From contig CAVSAP010000006.1 in assembly GCA_963726055.1 (NCBI GenBank), positions 787,051 to 851,050 of the forward strand: a stretch of 64,000 nt of DNA, in the 5' to 3' direction. Of this stretch, positions 42,008 to 52,320 are shown piece after piece (position 1 is the first letter of the stretch; each line of letters begins with the position of its first letter). The position numbers and the translations under genes were made by a program. The notes beneath the pieces were generated by a model. It made no database searches. It was not told the origin of the DNA and was given only the letters and a program-made list of their open reading frames with translations. The stretch is from an uncultured Chloroflexia bacterium (GTDB taxonomy: Bacteria > Chloroflexota > Limnocylindria > Limnocylindrales > CSP1-4).

Positions 42008-43353
42008 CGAACGAGGCGGCCAACCCGCAGCGTTCGCTTCCCGATCCGGACCGGGAGCCACTCGTTCGCGACGGGCTCGGGGACGGCGTCGTCCGGCGAT
42101 GCGACTCGAACGCCGGCCACGGTCAGCCCGCCGCCCGCGATCAAGCGCCGTGCCTCCCCGAGTGAGCCGAACAGCCCCGCCGCGACGAGGAACCGGGCGA
42201 CCCCGTCGCGACGCTGCTCGTCCGAGAAGTCGAAACCGTCGGCATCCTGGTGGAGGGTCCGGAGGACCTGCGGATCCGTCAGTGGCCCGGGCGCGAAGGC
42301 AGCATCGGACGCAGCGACGACCCGTTCCGCTTCCTCCGTCCCGTGGACCCGGGCCGTGACGTCGTAGGCGAGCGCCCGCTGCGCCTCGCGCCGTTCCGGC
42401 GCATCCGCCAGCAGCCGTTCCAAGCGGTCCACCTCGTCGCGGTCGAATAGCGTGAACCAGCGGAGGTGCGTCCCCACGTCCCGGTCGTCGGTGTTGAGCC
42501 AGTACTGGTAGAACGCGTACGGGGACGTTCGATCGCGATCGAGCCAGATCGAATCGCCGGCCTCGCTCTTGCCGAATTTCGTGCCGCTCGGCGTGAGGAG
42601 GAGCGGGTACGCCAGCCCGTGTGCGAGGTCGCCGGCAGCATTGGCGGCGTCGGGACTCGCCTCGAGGCCGGCCCGCCGGCGGATCAGCTCGAGGCCGGCG
42701 GTGATGTTGCCCCACTGATCGGCTCCGCCCATCTGGAGCTCGACCCCCATCGTCCGATGGAGATGCTCGAAGTCGGCGGCCTGCAGGAGCATGTAACTGA
42801 ACTCGGTGAACGAGAGCCCGCGATCGAGCCTGACCTGGACCGAGTCCTTGGCCAGCATGTACGGGACCGTGAAGTGCTTGCCGACGTCGCGGAGGAACTC
42901 GATCAGGCCGGTGTCGCCGAGCCACTCGATGTTGTTGACGAGGAGCGCTCCTCCGGGCCCCGGCGTGAAGTCGAGGAACCGTTCGAGCTGTGAGCGGATC
43001 CCGTCGGCATTGGCCTCGAGCGTCGCGCGGTCGAGCAGATTCCGCTCCGTCGATGTCCCCGATGGATCCCCGATCATCCCCGTCCCGCCGCCGACAAGCG
43101 CCACCGGCGTGCCGCCGTGGCGCTGGAACTGGAGCAAGCCGAAGATCGGGACCAGGCTCCCGACGTGCAGCGACGGGCCACTCGGATCGAACCCGTTGTA
43201 GCCGCTGATCGGCCGGCCGGTGGCGAGGCGGGCCGGGAGGCCGGGGGTGGTCTCGTGGAGCATCCCGCGCCATTCCAGTTCGGGGATGAGCGCCGCGAGG
43301 CCCTGAGCAGGCGTCACACTGCGTGCTGCCGAGCCGTCTCGACGCCTGAACAC
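41998..43353 (-). CDS. tyrS: Tyrosine--tRNA ligase
   Basis: '[16 protein letters not shown]' (HIGH) and 'KFGKS' (KMSKS). Confidence 0.8.
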   Translation of the reverse strand: MFRRRDGSAARSVTPAQGLAALIPELEWRGMLHETTPGLPARLATGRPISGYNGFDPSGPSLHVGSLVPIFGLLQFQRHGGTPVALVGGGTGMIGDPSGTSTERNLLDRATLEANADGIRSQLERFLDFTPGPGGALLVNNIEWLGDTGLIEFLRDVGKHFTVPYMLAKDSVQVRLDRGLSFTEFSYMLLQAADFEHLHRTMGVELQMGGADQWGNITAGLELIRRRAGLEASPDAANAAGDLAHGLAYPLLLTPSGTKFGKSEAGDSIWLDRDRTSPYAFYQYWLNTDDRDVGTHLRWFTLFDRDEVDRLERLLADAPERREAQRALAYDVTARVHGTEEAERVVAASDAAFAPGPLTDPQVLRTLHQDADGFDFSDEQRRDGVARFLVAAGLFGSLGEARRLIAGGGLTVAGVRVASPDDAVPEPVANEWLPVRIGKRTLRVGRLVRQA

Positions 43354-43382
43354 AAAGGGGTCACCACGACCCCTATGCTATC

Positions 43383-46067
43383 GTGCGGCCAGTCATGCAC
43401 ACCAGCCTCGCGCGGCGCCAGCGCCATCGTCGTCTTGGCTCCCGCAGGCGGCCCCGCGGCTCCTCCGCGATCAAGAGGACCGTGATCGCCATCCCGATCG
43501 TCTTGTTCGTGCTCTTCCTGGGCGCGGGTCTGGCGGGCTTCCTCGGGGTGACGGCCGCCTACAGCTACTACAGCGAAGGGCTGCCGGACCCGAAGGCACT
43601 TCTCACAGAGCTCGAGTTCGACCAGCAGACCGTCGTCACCGACCGGACAGGCGTGATCGAGCTGGCGCGCCTCGGGGAGCGCAAGCGGGAACTCGTCACC
43701 TTCGACGAGATCCCGGACGAGGTCCTCGACGCAACGACCGCGATCGAGGACAAGGACTTCTGGGTTAACCCGGGCTTCGATCTCGCCGGCTTCCTGTCCG
43801 CCACGGTCGACACCGTGAACGGCAAGCCACGCGGTGGTTCGACGATCACGCAGCAGCTGGTCCGGACGCGGCTCCTGCCGCCCGAGGCGTTCGACGGCAG
43901 CCGCGAGGAGCGGAAGATCCGCGAGATCATCCAGTCGCTCCGGCTGACCCAGGAGTACCCGGGCGTGGCGGGCAAGCGCGCCATCATCACCGCGTACCTC
44001 AACCAGAACTTCTACGGCAACCAGTCATACGGCATCAAGGCCGCGGCGCAGACGTATTTCCGAAAGGAGCTCGCCGACCTTACGCTCGCCGAGGCGGCGA
44101 TCCTCGCCGGCATCCCCCAGTCGCCGACGAACTTCGACCTCAGGAAGGCCGCCGAACAGGTCTGCCTCGAGGAGGTGGTCGAGGGCGTCGACTGCACGAA
44201 GTTCCAGCTCGTCGTCCCGGCCGACTCGGCCATCGTGGTCCGCCGGAACCACATCCTCGACCGGATGAAGACCGAGAGCCCGTTGAGTGGGTCGCGGCAC
44301 ACCGTCAATGAGTACGAGAACGCCAAGTCGGACCCTGTGATCCTCGCGCCACAATTGGGTGTCCAGTGGCATGCGCCGCATTTCGTGTGGCAGGTTCGCG
44401 AGGAGCTCGCTCACATCCTCTGCCCGGAGCTACCGGTCGACGACTGCGACAAGATCGACACCGGCGGCTTCCGCGTCACCACGACTCTCGACTGGCCGAT
44501 GCAGGCGACGACGGAGAAGTGGGTCTACGTCGCATCCCGGGCGACGAACTTCAAGGACACCAGGACGTACCTGAAGAAACTCAAGATCCCGACGGGCGAC
44601 TACGGCTGGCTCCTCAACCTGAAGGGCAAGAACATCCACAACGGCGCCGCCGCGGTGATGGACTACCGGACCGGTCAGGTCCTGGCGTACGTCGGGTCAG
44701 GCAGCTACACGAGCCCCGGCAACGCGAAGTTCCAACCGCAGTTCGATGTCCTGTCGGACGGCTGGCGGCAGCCCGGATCGTCGATCAAGCCCCTCAACTA
44801 TGCGATCGGCATCGACGACGGGACGATGACCGCGTCGACGATGTTCATGGACGTCGTGACCGACTTCGGTCGCGGCTTCACGCCGACCCAGGCAGACAAG
44901 GTGGAACGCGGCCCGGTCCGCCTCCGATCGGCCCTCCAGTTCTCCCTGAACATCCCGTCGATCAAGGCCGGCCTGATGAACGGCCTTGACCACTTCTTCG
45001 AGCGGTCGCGAGACTTCGGCATCGAATATGTCCCGGGCGCCCTGCCGGTGGTCTCGATGGGGATCGGGACGCTCGAGCTCCACCCGATCGACCTGCTCGG
45101 AGCGTACGGCGCGATCGCCAACGAAGGCATCCTCGCTCCGCGGACGACAATCATGAAGATCGTCGACTCGGATGGCCTCCAGGTCTGGCCGGCCTCGGAC
45201 GGCGGAGGCCGGAAGGGGTCGGCGGTGGTCAGCCCGCAGGCCGCGTACATCATCACGGACATCCTCGCAGGCAACACCGACCCCAGGGTCAACCCGTATT
45301 GGGGCGAGTGGGCGGTCTATGACGGTCGGACCCGCCGCCCGGCGGCCTACAAGACCGGCACGACGAACGACAACCGTGACGTCCATGCCTACGGATACCT
45401 CGCTCCCCCGAAGGACCCGAACGCACCCGCGCTGGCCGTCGGTGTCTGGATGGGCAACAGCAACAACGATCCGAACAAGGACACCCTGTCGCTGGGTTCG
45501 TCTGCCCCGCTCTGGTCGCGGATCATGCGCGATGTCAGCAGGGGCACGCCGATCGCCGCCTGGAAGGCGCCTTCCGGGCTCGAGACCGCGACGGTCGACG
45601 CATTCAGCGGGATGAGACCCGGACCGTTCACGTCAAAGACGGTCAAGGAGCTCTTCATCAAGGGCACGGTCCCGAACGACCGAGACGACATCCATCGCCC
45701 CGTGACGATCGACGCCGCGACCGGCAAGCTCTGGCAGGACGGCTGCGCCGGTCCGAAACGGACGGTCGGTGCGCTCGACTTCAGCCAGGTCGAGGAAAAC
45801 TTCCCGAACTGGGGGAAGTACACGCGTGGCTGGGTGAAGCGCGCTGCCCGCGGCGTCGGTGTGGGCGGCGGCCCCGAGGGCACCCGGACCGCCTACTTCT
45901 ACGGCGGCGGCTTCTTCCCCTACGGCAGGACGTGGGGCGGGGTCATGGCCCCGACGGAGTTGTGCACGATCCCGGAGCCCACGGCGGAACCCTGCGGCGG
46001 CTTCTTCGAAGAGCCGTGCGAGACGGAGAGGCCGTCCAGGAAACCGCGGAAGACGCCCAGACCCTGA
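43383..46067 (+). CDS. Class A penicillin-binding protein (transglycosylase + transpeptidase)
   Basis: 'EDKDFWVNPG', 'GGSTITQQL' and 'RNHILDRM' GT51 motifs, then SxxK-type transpeptidase. Confidence 0.8.
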   Translation: MRPVMHTSLARRQRHRRLGSRRRPRGSSAIKRTVIAIPIVLFVLFLGAGLAGFLGVTAAYSYYSEGLPDPKALLTELEFDQQTVVTDRTGVIELARLGERKRELVTFDEIPDEVLDATTAIEDKDFWVNPGFDLAGFLSATVDTVNGKPRGGSTITQQLVRTRLLPPEAFDGSREERKIREIIQSLRLTQEYPGVAGKRAIITAYLNQNFYGNQSYGIKAAAQTYFRKELADLTLAEAAILAGIPQSPTNFDLRKAAEQVCLEEVVEGVDCTKFQLVVPADSAIVVRRNHILDRMKTESPLSGSRHTVNEYENAKSDPVILAPQLGVQWHAPHFVWQVREELAHILCPELPVDDCDKIDTGGFRVTTTLDWPMQATTEKWVYVASRATNFKDTRTYLKKLKIPTGDYGWLLNLKGKNIHNGAAAVMDYRTGQVLAYVGSGSYTSPGNAKFQPQFDVLSDGWRQPGSSIKPLNYAIGIDDGTMTASTMFMDVVTDFGRGFTPTQADKVERGPVRLRSALQFSLNIPSIKAGLMNGLDHFFERSRDFGIEYVPGALPVVSMGIGTLELHPIDLLGAYGAIANEGILAPRTTIMKIVDSDGLQVWPASDGGGRKGSAVVSPQAAYIITDILAGNTDPRVNPYWGEWAVYDGRTRRPAAYKTGTTNDNRDVHAYGYLAPPKDPNAPALAVGVWMGNSNNDPNKDTLSLGSSAPLWSRIMRDVSRGTPIAAWKAPSGLETATVDAFSGMRPGPFTSKTVKELFIKGTVPNDRDDIHRPVTIDAATGKLWQDGCAGPKRTVGALDFSQVEENFPNWGKYTRGWVKRAARGVGVGGGPEGTRTAYFYGGGFFPYGRTWGGVMAPTELCTIPEPTAEPCGGFFEEPCETERPSRKPRKTPRP

Positions 46068-46076
46068 CGCTCAGCG

Positions 46077-48425
46077 TTACAGGGTGACGATCGAGGCGCC
46101 GTCGCCTCCCTCGCCGCGCTCGCCGGCCCGGACGCCCTTGACGAGCGGGTGGCTGCCGGCTTCCGTTCGAACGGCGTCGCGCAGCGCGCCCGTGCCGCTG
46201 CCGTGGATGATCAGGACCTTCTCGAGGCCCGCCAGCGACGCATCGTCAAGGTAGCGGCCGAGCGCCTCCAGCGCTTCGTCGACGCGGGCGCCCCGCAGGT
46301 CGAGTGACGAGGCCACGCTCCGCGCGCGATCGAGGCGCAGATCGCCCACACCCTCGCCACCCTCCTCGGGGCGCTCGCCACGAGTGCCACGACCGCCAAC
46401 CAGTGCCGGTTCGAGATCGTCGACGTTGACCGTGACTCGCATCCCGCCGGACTCCAGCGTCGCCCGCTTGCCGCCGCGCTCGAGGGCCGTGATTCGACCC
46501 TCCCAGTCGCCGGTCCGGCTCCGGGCACGTTCGCCGAGTTGCCAGTCGTGCGCCACCCGCTCCGGCGGCGTCGGCTCCGGCGGGCTCTCTGGCAGGCGCT
46601 CGAGCTGGCCCTCGGCCCGGGCGACCGCGGCATCGATCGACGGAATCGTGATCGTCTCCCGATCGAGGCTCCGGCGCGTCTCCTTGACATCGTCGCGGAG
46701 GTCGGCGACGAGCCGTTCAGCCTCGTTCCGCGCCGACCTGACGAGCTCATCCCGCTCGCGCCGAGCCCGCCGCCGTTCCTCGTCGGCCTCGCGCAGCGCT
46801 TCCGCCGCACGAAGCTCGGCGTCTCGGGCGCGATCGAGGGCCTCGCTTGTTTCGCCTTCCGTCGTCCGGATCCGGGCCAACGTTTCCTCGAATGCCCGCT
46901 CGTTCTCCGACAGGCGCGACCGCGCGTCGGCCACGATCGCCTGATCGAGCCCCAGCCGCTCGGCGATCGAGAAGGCCTGGCTGCCGCCGGGCAGGCCGAT
47001 CGTCAACCGGTAGGTTGGCGACAAGGTCTCGAGGTCGAATTCCACCGATGCGTTGCGCGCACCGGCCGTCGTATGGGCGTACGCCTTGAGCTCCGCGTAA
47101 TGGGTCGTCGCCGCGACGAGCGCGCCCGTTCGGATGAAGTGGTCGAGCAACGCCTGGGCCAGCGCCGAGCCCTCGGTGGGATCTGTGCCGGCCCCGAGCT
47201 CGTCCAGCAGGACGAGCGTGCCCGGCCCGGCCTCCTCGACGATCCTCGTGATCGACCGGAGATGGCCGGAGAACGTCGAGAGGGACTGGGCGATGGACTG
47301 CTCGTCGCCGATGTCGGCGAACACGTCGCGCAGGATTGGCAGGCGGCTGCCGGCTTCGGCGGGCACGTGGAGGCCGGCCTGGTGCATGAGCGCGAGAAGC
47401 CCCAGCGTCCGCAGCGTGACCGTCTTGCCGCCGGTATTGGGCCCCGTGACGACGAGCGCCGTGTAGCCGTCGCCGATCCTGACGTCGATCGGGACGATCC
47501 GGCCCGTCAGGCCCGGGTGGCGGGCCCCAAGCAGGACGATCTCGACCCGATCGGTGGTTTCGGCCCGGATGCCGTCCAGCTCTCCGGCGAGCTGTGCCTT
47601 GGCCGCCCAGAAATCGAAGCGGGCGAGTGCGTCGAGCGTCTCACGGAGCGGCTCGGCGTTGGCGGCGACGAGGGCCGACAGCTCGTCCAGGATCCGCTCG
47701 ATCTCCTCCCGCTCGGCCAGCTGGGCCTCGCGCCAGGCATTACCGAGCTCGACGGCGACGAGCGGCTCGACGAACAACGTCTGGCCGCTCCCAGACGAGT
47801 CGTGGACGATGCCCTTGACGCGTGATCGCGCCTCCGCCTTGACCGGGACCACGTAGCGACCGTTGCGGAGCGTGATGATCGGGTCCTGGAGGGCGCCACC
47901 GAGCTCGGACCCGACGAGGGCATCGAGCCGCCGCCGAAGACGGTCGTAGGCGACGCGGACAGCCGACCGGAGCCCGCCGAGTCGTGGCGAGGCCGTGTCG
48001 AGGATCTCGCCGGCCGGGTCGAAGCTCCGGGCGAGCGTGGATCCGAGGGCCGGCAGCGGGTGGATCTCGCGGGCCAGCCCGTGGAGGAGCGGACGCCGGT
48101 CGTCGGCGAGCGACGTCTGCAATCGCGCGGCGGCGTCGAGCGTGTCCGCGAGCTCGAGGAACTGGCCCGGGTCGAGCCGGCCGCCGCGAGCCGCCCGATC
48201 GATGGCCGGACCGATGTCGTGGGCGCCCCCGACGCCGACGCCCGCTCGTTCGCTGAGCAATGCACGCGCCTGGTCCGTCTCGTCGAGGGCGCGCGCGACC
48301 ACCACCGGATCGGCCGACGGCTCGAGGGCCTCCGCGAGGCGGCGGGACGGCGGGAACGAGGTCGCCGCGGCGAGGCGCTCGCGGACCTGGGGGAACTCCA
48401 GCAGCGTGATCGAGCGGGCGTCCAC
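46077..48425 (-). CDS. mutS2: Endonuclease MutS2 (Smr domain)
   Basis: 'GPNTGGKTV' Walker A and a C-terminal Smr domain. Confidence 0.8.
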   Translation of the reverse strand: MDARSITLLEFPQVRERLAAATSFPPSRRLAEALEPSADPVVVARALDETDQARALLSERAGVGVGGAHDIGPAIDRAARGGRLDPGQFLELADTLDAAARLQTSLADDRRPLLHGLAREIHPLPALGSTLARSFDPAGEILDTASPRLGGLRSAVRVAYDRLRRRLDALVGSELGGALQDPIITLRNGRYVVPVKAEARSRVKGIVHDSSGSGQTLFVEPLVAVELGNAWREAQLAEREEIERILDELSALVAANAEPLRETLDALARFDFWAAKAQLAGELDGIRAETTDRVEIVLLGARHPGLTGRIVPIDVRIGDGYTALVVTGPNTGGKTVTLRTLGLLALMHQAGLHVPAEAGSRLPILRDVFADIGDEQSIAQSLSTFSGHLRSITRIVEEAGPGTLVLLDELGAGTDPTEGSALAQALLDHFIRTGALVAATTHYAELKAYAHTTAGARNASVEFDLETLSPTYRLTIGLPGGSQAFSIAERLGLDQAIVADARSRLSENERAFEETLARIRTTEGETSEALDRARDAELRAAEALREADEERRRARRERDELVRSARNEAERLVADLRDDVKETRRSLDRETITIPSIDAAVARAEGQLERLPESPPEPTPPERVAHDWQLGERARSRTGDWEGRITALERGGKRATLESGGMRVTVNVDDLEPALVGGRGTRGERPEEGGEGVGDLRLDRARSVASSLDLRGARVDEALEALGRYLDDASLAGLEKVLIIHGSGTGALRDAVRTEAGSHPLVKGVRAGERGEGGDGASIVTL

Positions 48426-48431
48426 GGCCGA

Positions 48432-49127
48432 TCAGCCGGCTCCCCCGGCGCGAGGTCCGGAGACGGCCCGATTGCCGATGGCGACGAAGCGCCACGGCAC
48501 CTCCGTCCAGGGAGGCCCGGCGAAGTCGATCCCCAGGCGTGGCGTTGTCGCGATCCGTGGTGCGGGCTCGTCGGCGGGGGCGGCCTCGAGTCGCAGCGGC
48601 GACTGCGGATCGATGAGATCGACGCCGGTCATCGACCGATCGATCCCGAATGCCGCCGCCACCAGCCCGGGCCCGCTGGCGAGGCGATGCGCCGGGAGCG
48701 CGGCGAGCCGCGAGGCCTCCGCGCGCTCGGCATCGGCGGTCGGCGCCCGGCGACGGCTCCGCCAGCGGTCGAGTCGCGCCGCGCGCATCGCGTCGATGCC
48801 GGCGATCGGCTCGACCGCTCGAACGAGCAAGGCGGCCGGCCTGCCCTCGGGCTCCGTGACGATGTTGAGACAGTCGTACATCCCATAGACAAGGTACACG
48901 TAGGCGACTCCCGGCGGCCCGTGCATCACGGCGTTCCTGGCGGTGCGCCCGAACCGAGCGTGCGACGCCCGGTCATCGGCCCCGATGTATGCCTCGAGCT
49001 CCACGATCCGACCTTCGCGGCGTTGCCCCTCGGACGGGCCGTCGCGGATCAGCCTCGCCCCGATCAGGGCGGCCGCGGCTTCGAGCGTGGGCCGCCGGAC
49101 GAGCGCGACCGCGTCGTTCAGGCGACG
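48432..49127 (-). CDS. 3-methyladenine DNA glycosylase (Mpg/AAG family)
   Basis: 'GRIVELEAYIGADDRASHARFGRT' and 'YVYLVYGMYDCLNIV'. Start is uncertain. Confidence 0.6.
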   Translation of the reverse strand, partial: RRLNDAVALVRRPTLEAAAALIGARLIRDGPSEGQRREGRIVELEAYIGADDRASHARFGRTARNAVMHGPPGVAYVYLVYGMYDCLNIVTEPEGRPAALLVRAVEPIAGIDAMRAARLDRWRSRRRAPTADAERAEASRLAALPAHRLASGPGLVAAAFGIDRSMTGVDLIDPQSPLRLEAAPADEPAPRIATTPRLGIDFAGPPWTEVPWRFVAIGNRAVSGPRAGGAG

Positions 49128-49705
49128 TTGTAGATCGACTTCAGCTCGCTCGGAATGAACAGGCCGAAGACGTTGTAGAACCCGGGGATCAGCCGCGTCC
49201 GGAATAGCTCTGCGGTCGAGGAGTCGTCGAGGAATTCATGGAATCCGCGGAGGAACGGCAGCTCGCCGGAACTCTGAGGAATCTCGCTGAAGATGAAGAA
49301 CGAATCGAGGATGACGATGATGCAGCCGATCAGGAACAGCCCCTGGATCACGCCGAGCACGCCGCCGATCACCTCGTCGGCGAACGTCGCCTTCTCGAAC
49401 AGGGGCTGCTTGTGATAGAAGCCCTGGATGATGAGGGTGAAGGCGATCGTGGTCGCGATGAACATGATCAGGAAGCCCAGCATGATCGCGTACTGGTCCG
49501 GAAACTGGTTCCAGTAGGAGGCCAGGAAGTTACCGAGGGGTTCCCGGAGGTTTGCCACGAAGAGGAACGAGAAGACCATCGAAGCGAGGCCGAGGAGCCG
49601 ACGGATCGTCCCCTGGAAGAAGCCGAGTACGAACATCCCGATCAGGAACAGGATCACGAGCACGTCGAATCGATTGATCGACGCGAGGAAATCACCGATA
49701 TTCAC
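49118..49705 (-). CDS. cvpA: CvpA-family membrane protein
   Basis: 195 aa with a 4-TM CvpA pattern. Confidence 0.6.
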   Translation of the reverse strand: MNIGDFLASINRFDVLVILFLIGMFVLGFFQGTIRRLLGLASMVFSFLFVANLREPLGNFLASYWNQFPDQYAIMLGFLIMFIATTIAFTLIIQGFYHKQPLFEKATFADEVIGGVLGVIQGLFLIGCIIVILDSFFIFSEIPQSSGELPFLRGFHEFLDDSSTAELFRTRLIPGFYNVFGLFIPSELKSIYNVA

Positions 49706-49794
49706 GAAGGCTCCTGAGCGATGTCCGCCGCAGCCTCACGACTGGCGAGGCGCGCCACAGGGTAGCAGCGTCGAATCGGCGGTCGCAACTGAAC

Positions 49795-52320
49795 TCAGGT
49801 CCTGATTCGACCGCTTACCTCCGACTCGATCGCGGCCGTAATCGCTCCGATCGCCGCGTCGACTTCCGCCTCGCCGAGCGTCCGATCCGGCGCGCGAAAG
49901 GTCAGCCGGAATGCCAGGCTCTTCTCGCCGGCCGCGAGCGGTGCGCCGCGGTAGATGTCGAACAGCCTCGCCGATTCGAGGGCCGGCCCGCCGCTCCCCC
50001 GGATCGTCGCCGCGACCTCACCAGCCGCTCGAACCTCAGCCACGACGACGGCAACGTCACGCTCGGCGGCCGGGTGACGCGACGGGGCCGCGGCGATGAC
50101 CGCAGGCAACCGACCGCCACCCAGACCGGACACATCGAGCTCCGCCACGACGACGCGCGCGCCGCGAAGGTCCCACTCCTCGGCGATGTGCGGATGGAGT
50201 TCGCCGACCCACCCGGCGATGGCGAGGCGATCGCCGCGCTGGCCGCGGAACCTGGCGGCACGACCGGGATGGAGAAGCGGCTCGCCGGTGAGCGGCGCGT
50301 ATTCGACGGCGTCGATCCGGAGCCGCCGTGCGATGAGCTCGATCGCGCCCTTCGCATCGTCGATGTCGTACGGGCGCGCCGGCCGGTCCCAGGACACCGG
50401 CTCGGCGGCGCCTGTGCCCGCGATGCCGAGTCGCCACCACTCGCGGACGCTCGCGCCGTCGCCGCCCACCGCGGGTTCGGCGCCGTAGCCCTTGCCGATC
50501 TCGTAGATCGTGACGTCCTCGATCCCGTGCCGGATGTTGGACGAGACGATCTGGACGAGGCTGCCGACGAGGGCCGGGCGGAGGACGGAGTGGTCACTCG
50601 AGAGCGGGTTGGTGACGGCCACGATCCGGCCGCCTTCCTGGGTCCCGCCGTCGACGGGCGGGATCACCGATTCCCAGCGGAACGCTTCGGCGATTCGCGG
50701 GGAGACGAGCGCGTGGGTCACGACCTCGGTCAGGCCGGCACCGACGAGCGTCTCGCGGATCGCATCGCGGACCTCGAACGGCCGGTGTCGGTAGGGCGGC
50801 ATCGGCGTGTGGGGCAGGATGCCCGGGATCAACTCGTAGCCGCGGACCCGGGCAACCTCTTCGGCGAGGTCCGCCTCGATCGCGATATCTCGCCGCCAGG
50901 TCGGAACGACCGCAAGGATCGCCTCGTCGTCAGCGGCCGGCACGTCGAGGGGCTTCGGATCGGCCGAGACGGTGATGACCGCCGTCGCCGGCGCCGGCTC
51001 CGTCTCGACGCCGACACGAGCCAGCAGGAGCCGCTGCTCGTCGGCCGGCAGCGTGACCCCGAGCAGCCGATTGACGCGGGCCGGGCGGAACGCCACGCGC
51101 GTCGGCGTCGGCTCGTTCGGGTTGGTATCCACGCTCCCGCTGGCAACCGTTCCGCCAGCCCACTCGGCAATGAGGCGTGCCGCCCGGTCCGCCCCGAGCC
51201 GCGCCAGCCGGAATTCCTGGCCCTTCTCGAAGCGGAGACTCGCCTCCGAGCGGAGGGCGTAGCGCTTGGCAGTGCGCCGGATGGCGATCGGATCGAAGAT
51301 CGCGGACTCGACGATCACGTCGGTCGTCGAGTCGCTCACCTCCGACCGGGCGTCGCCCATGACCCCGGCGATGCCGAGCGGACCGTTCGGATCGGCGATG
51401 ACGAGCGTGTCCTGATCCAGCTCACGCTGGACGTGGTCGAGGGTCTCGATCCGCTCGCCTGGATCCGCGCGCCTGACGATCAGTCGACTCGGCCCCTCCC
51501 CTCCCCCGACAGCCGCCGCATCGTACGTGTGGATCGGCTTGCCGAGCTCGAGCATCACGTAGTTGCTCACGTCGACCACGTTCGAGATCGGCCGAACGCC
51601 CGCCGCACGGAGCCGCATCTGGATCAGATCCGGCGACGGGCCCATCCGGACACCCCCGACGTGCCGCCCGACGAACCGCAGGCACAGGACCGGGTCGCGG
51701 ACGTCGACGACGAGCAGGCCGTCGATCGCGGGTCCCGTTTCGGTCGGTGCCGTCTCCGGAAAGCGGATCGATCGGCCGTCGATTGCGGCGACCTCGCGAG
51801 CGAGTCCGACGAGGCTCAGGGCATCGCCCCGGTTCGGCTTGACGTCTACATCGAGGACGACGTCACCGTACACGTCGGACAGGGCCGTTCCGAGCGGCGC
51901 ATCGTCGGCCAGGATGAGGATCCCGTCCGCGTCGCCGGTCAGGTTCAACTCGTCGCCCGAGCAGAGCATGCCGTTGCTGACGACGCCCATCTTCTCGGTC
52001 CGCTCGATCCGGCGCTCGCCCGGCAGGACCGCTCCTGGCAGCGCGACAGGGACGCGCTGGCCGGGGGCGATGTTCGTCGCTCCGCACACGATCTCGAGCG
52101 GCTCGCCGCGGCCCAGGGTCACGGTCGTCAGCCAGAGCCGATCGGCCCTCGGGTGCTTGTCGACGGTCAACAGCTCGCCGATCACGACGTTCTGCCAGTC
52201 GCTCCCCCACCGCTCGATCGACTGGACCTCCATGCCGAGGAGCGTCAATCGCTCCGCAAGCTGCTCCGGCGCCAGCTCGACGTCGACGTAGTCACTCAAC
52301 CACGAAAGCGGCACTCTCAT
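49795..52320 (-). CDS. pheT: Phenylalanine--tRNA ligase beta subunit
   Basis: 'MRVPLSWLSDYVDV...' B-subunit domains. Its ATG overlaps the pheS TGA. Confidence 0.8.
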   Translation of the reverse strand: MRVPLSWLSDYVDVELAPEQLAERLTLLGMEVQSIERWGSDWQNVVIGELLTVDKHPRADRLWLTTVTLGRGEPLEIVCGATNIAPGQRVPVALPGAVLPGERRIERTEKMGVVSNGMLCSGDELNLTGDADGILILADDAPLGTALSDVYGDVVLDVDVKPNRGDALSLVGLAREVAAIDGRSIRFPETAPTETGPAIDGLLVVDVRDPVLCLRFVGRHVGGVRMGPSPDLIQMRLRAAGVRPISNVVDVSNYVMLELGKPIHTYDAAAVGGGEGPSRLIVRRADPGERIETLDHVQRELDQDTLVIADPNGPLGIAGVMGDARSEVSDSTTDVIVESAIFDPIAIRRTAKRYALRSEASLRFEKGQEFRLARLGADRAARLIAEWAGGTVASGSVDTNPNEPTPTRVAFRPARVNRLLGVTLPADEQRLLLARVGVETEPAPATAVITVSADPKPLDVPAADDEAILAVVPTWRRDIAIEADLAEEVARVRGYELIPGILPHTPMPPYRHRPFEVRDAIRETLVGAGLTEVVTHALVSPRIAEAFRWESVIPPVDGGTQEGGRIVAVTNPLSSDHSVLRPALVGSLVQIVSSNIRHGIEDVTIYEIGKGYGAEPAVGGDGASVREWWRLGIAGTGAAEPVSWDRPARPYDIDDAKGAIELIARRLRIDAVEYAPLTGEPLLHPGRAARFRGQRGDRLAIAGWVGELHPHIAEEWDLRGARVVVAELDVSGLGGGRLPAVIAAAPSRHPAAERDVAVVVAEVRAAGEVAATIRGSGGPALESARLFDIYRGAPLAAGEKSLAFRLTFRAPDRTLGEAEVDAAIGAITAAIESEVSGRIRT

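Noticed and set aside
43290-43382. Hairpin AGGGGTC-GTGGT-GACCCCT followed by TTTGTGTT on the tyrS strand, considered as a T-box/attenuator for tyrS.
   Set aside because: Only about 120 nt of leader is available before the divergent PBP gene, and no GGGTGGNACCGCG motif is present. That is too short for a T-box, although it may be a simple attenuator or a divergent-promoter structure.
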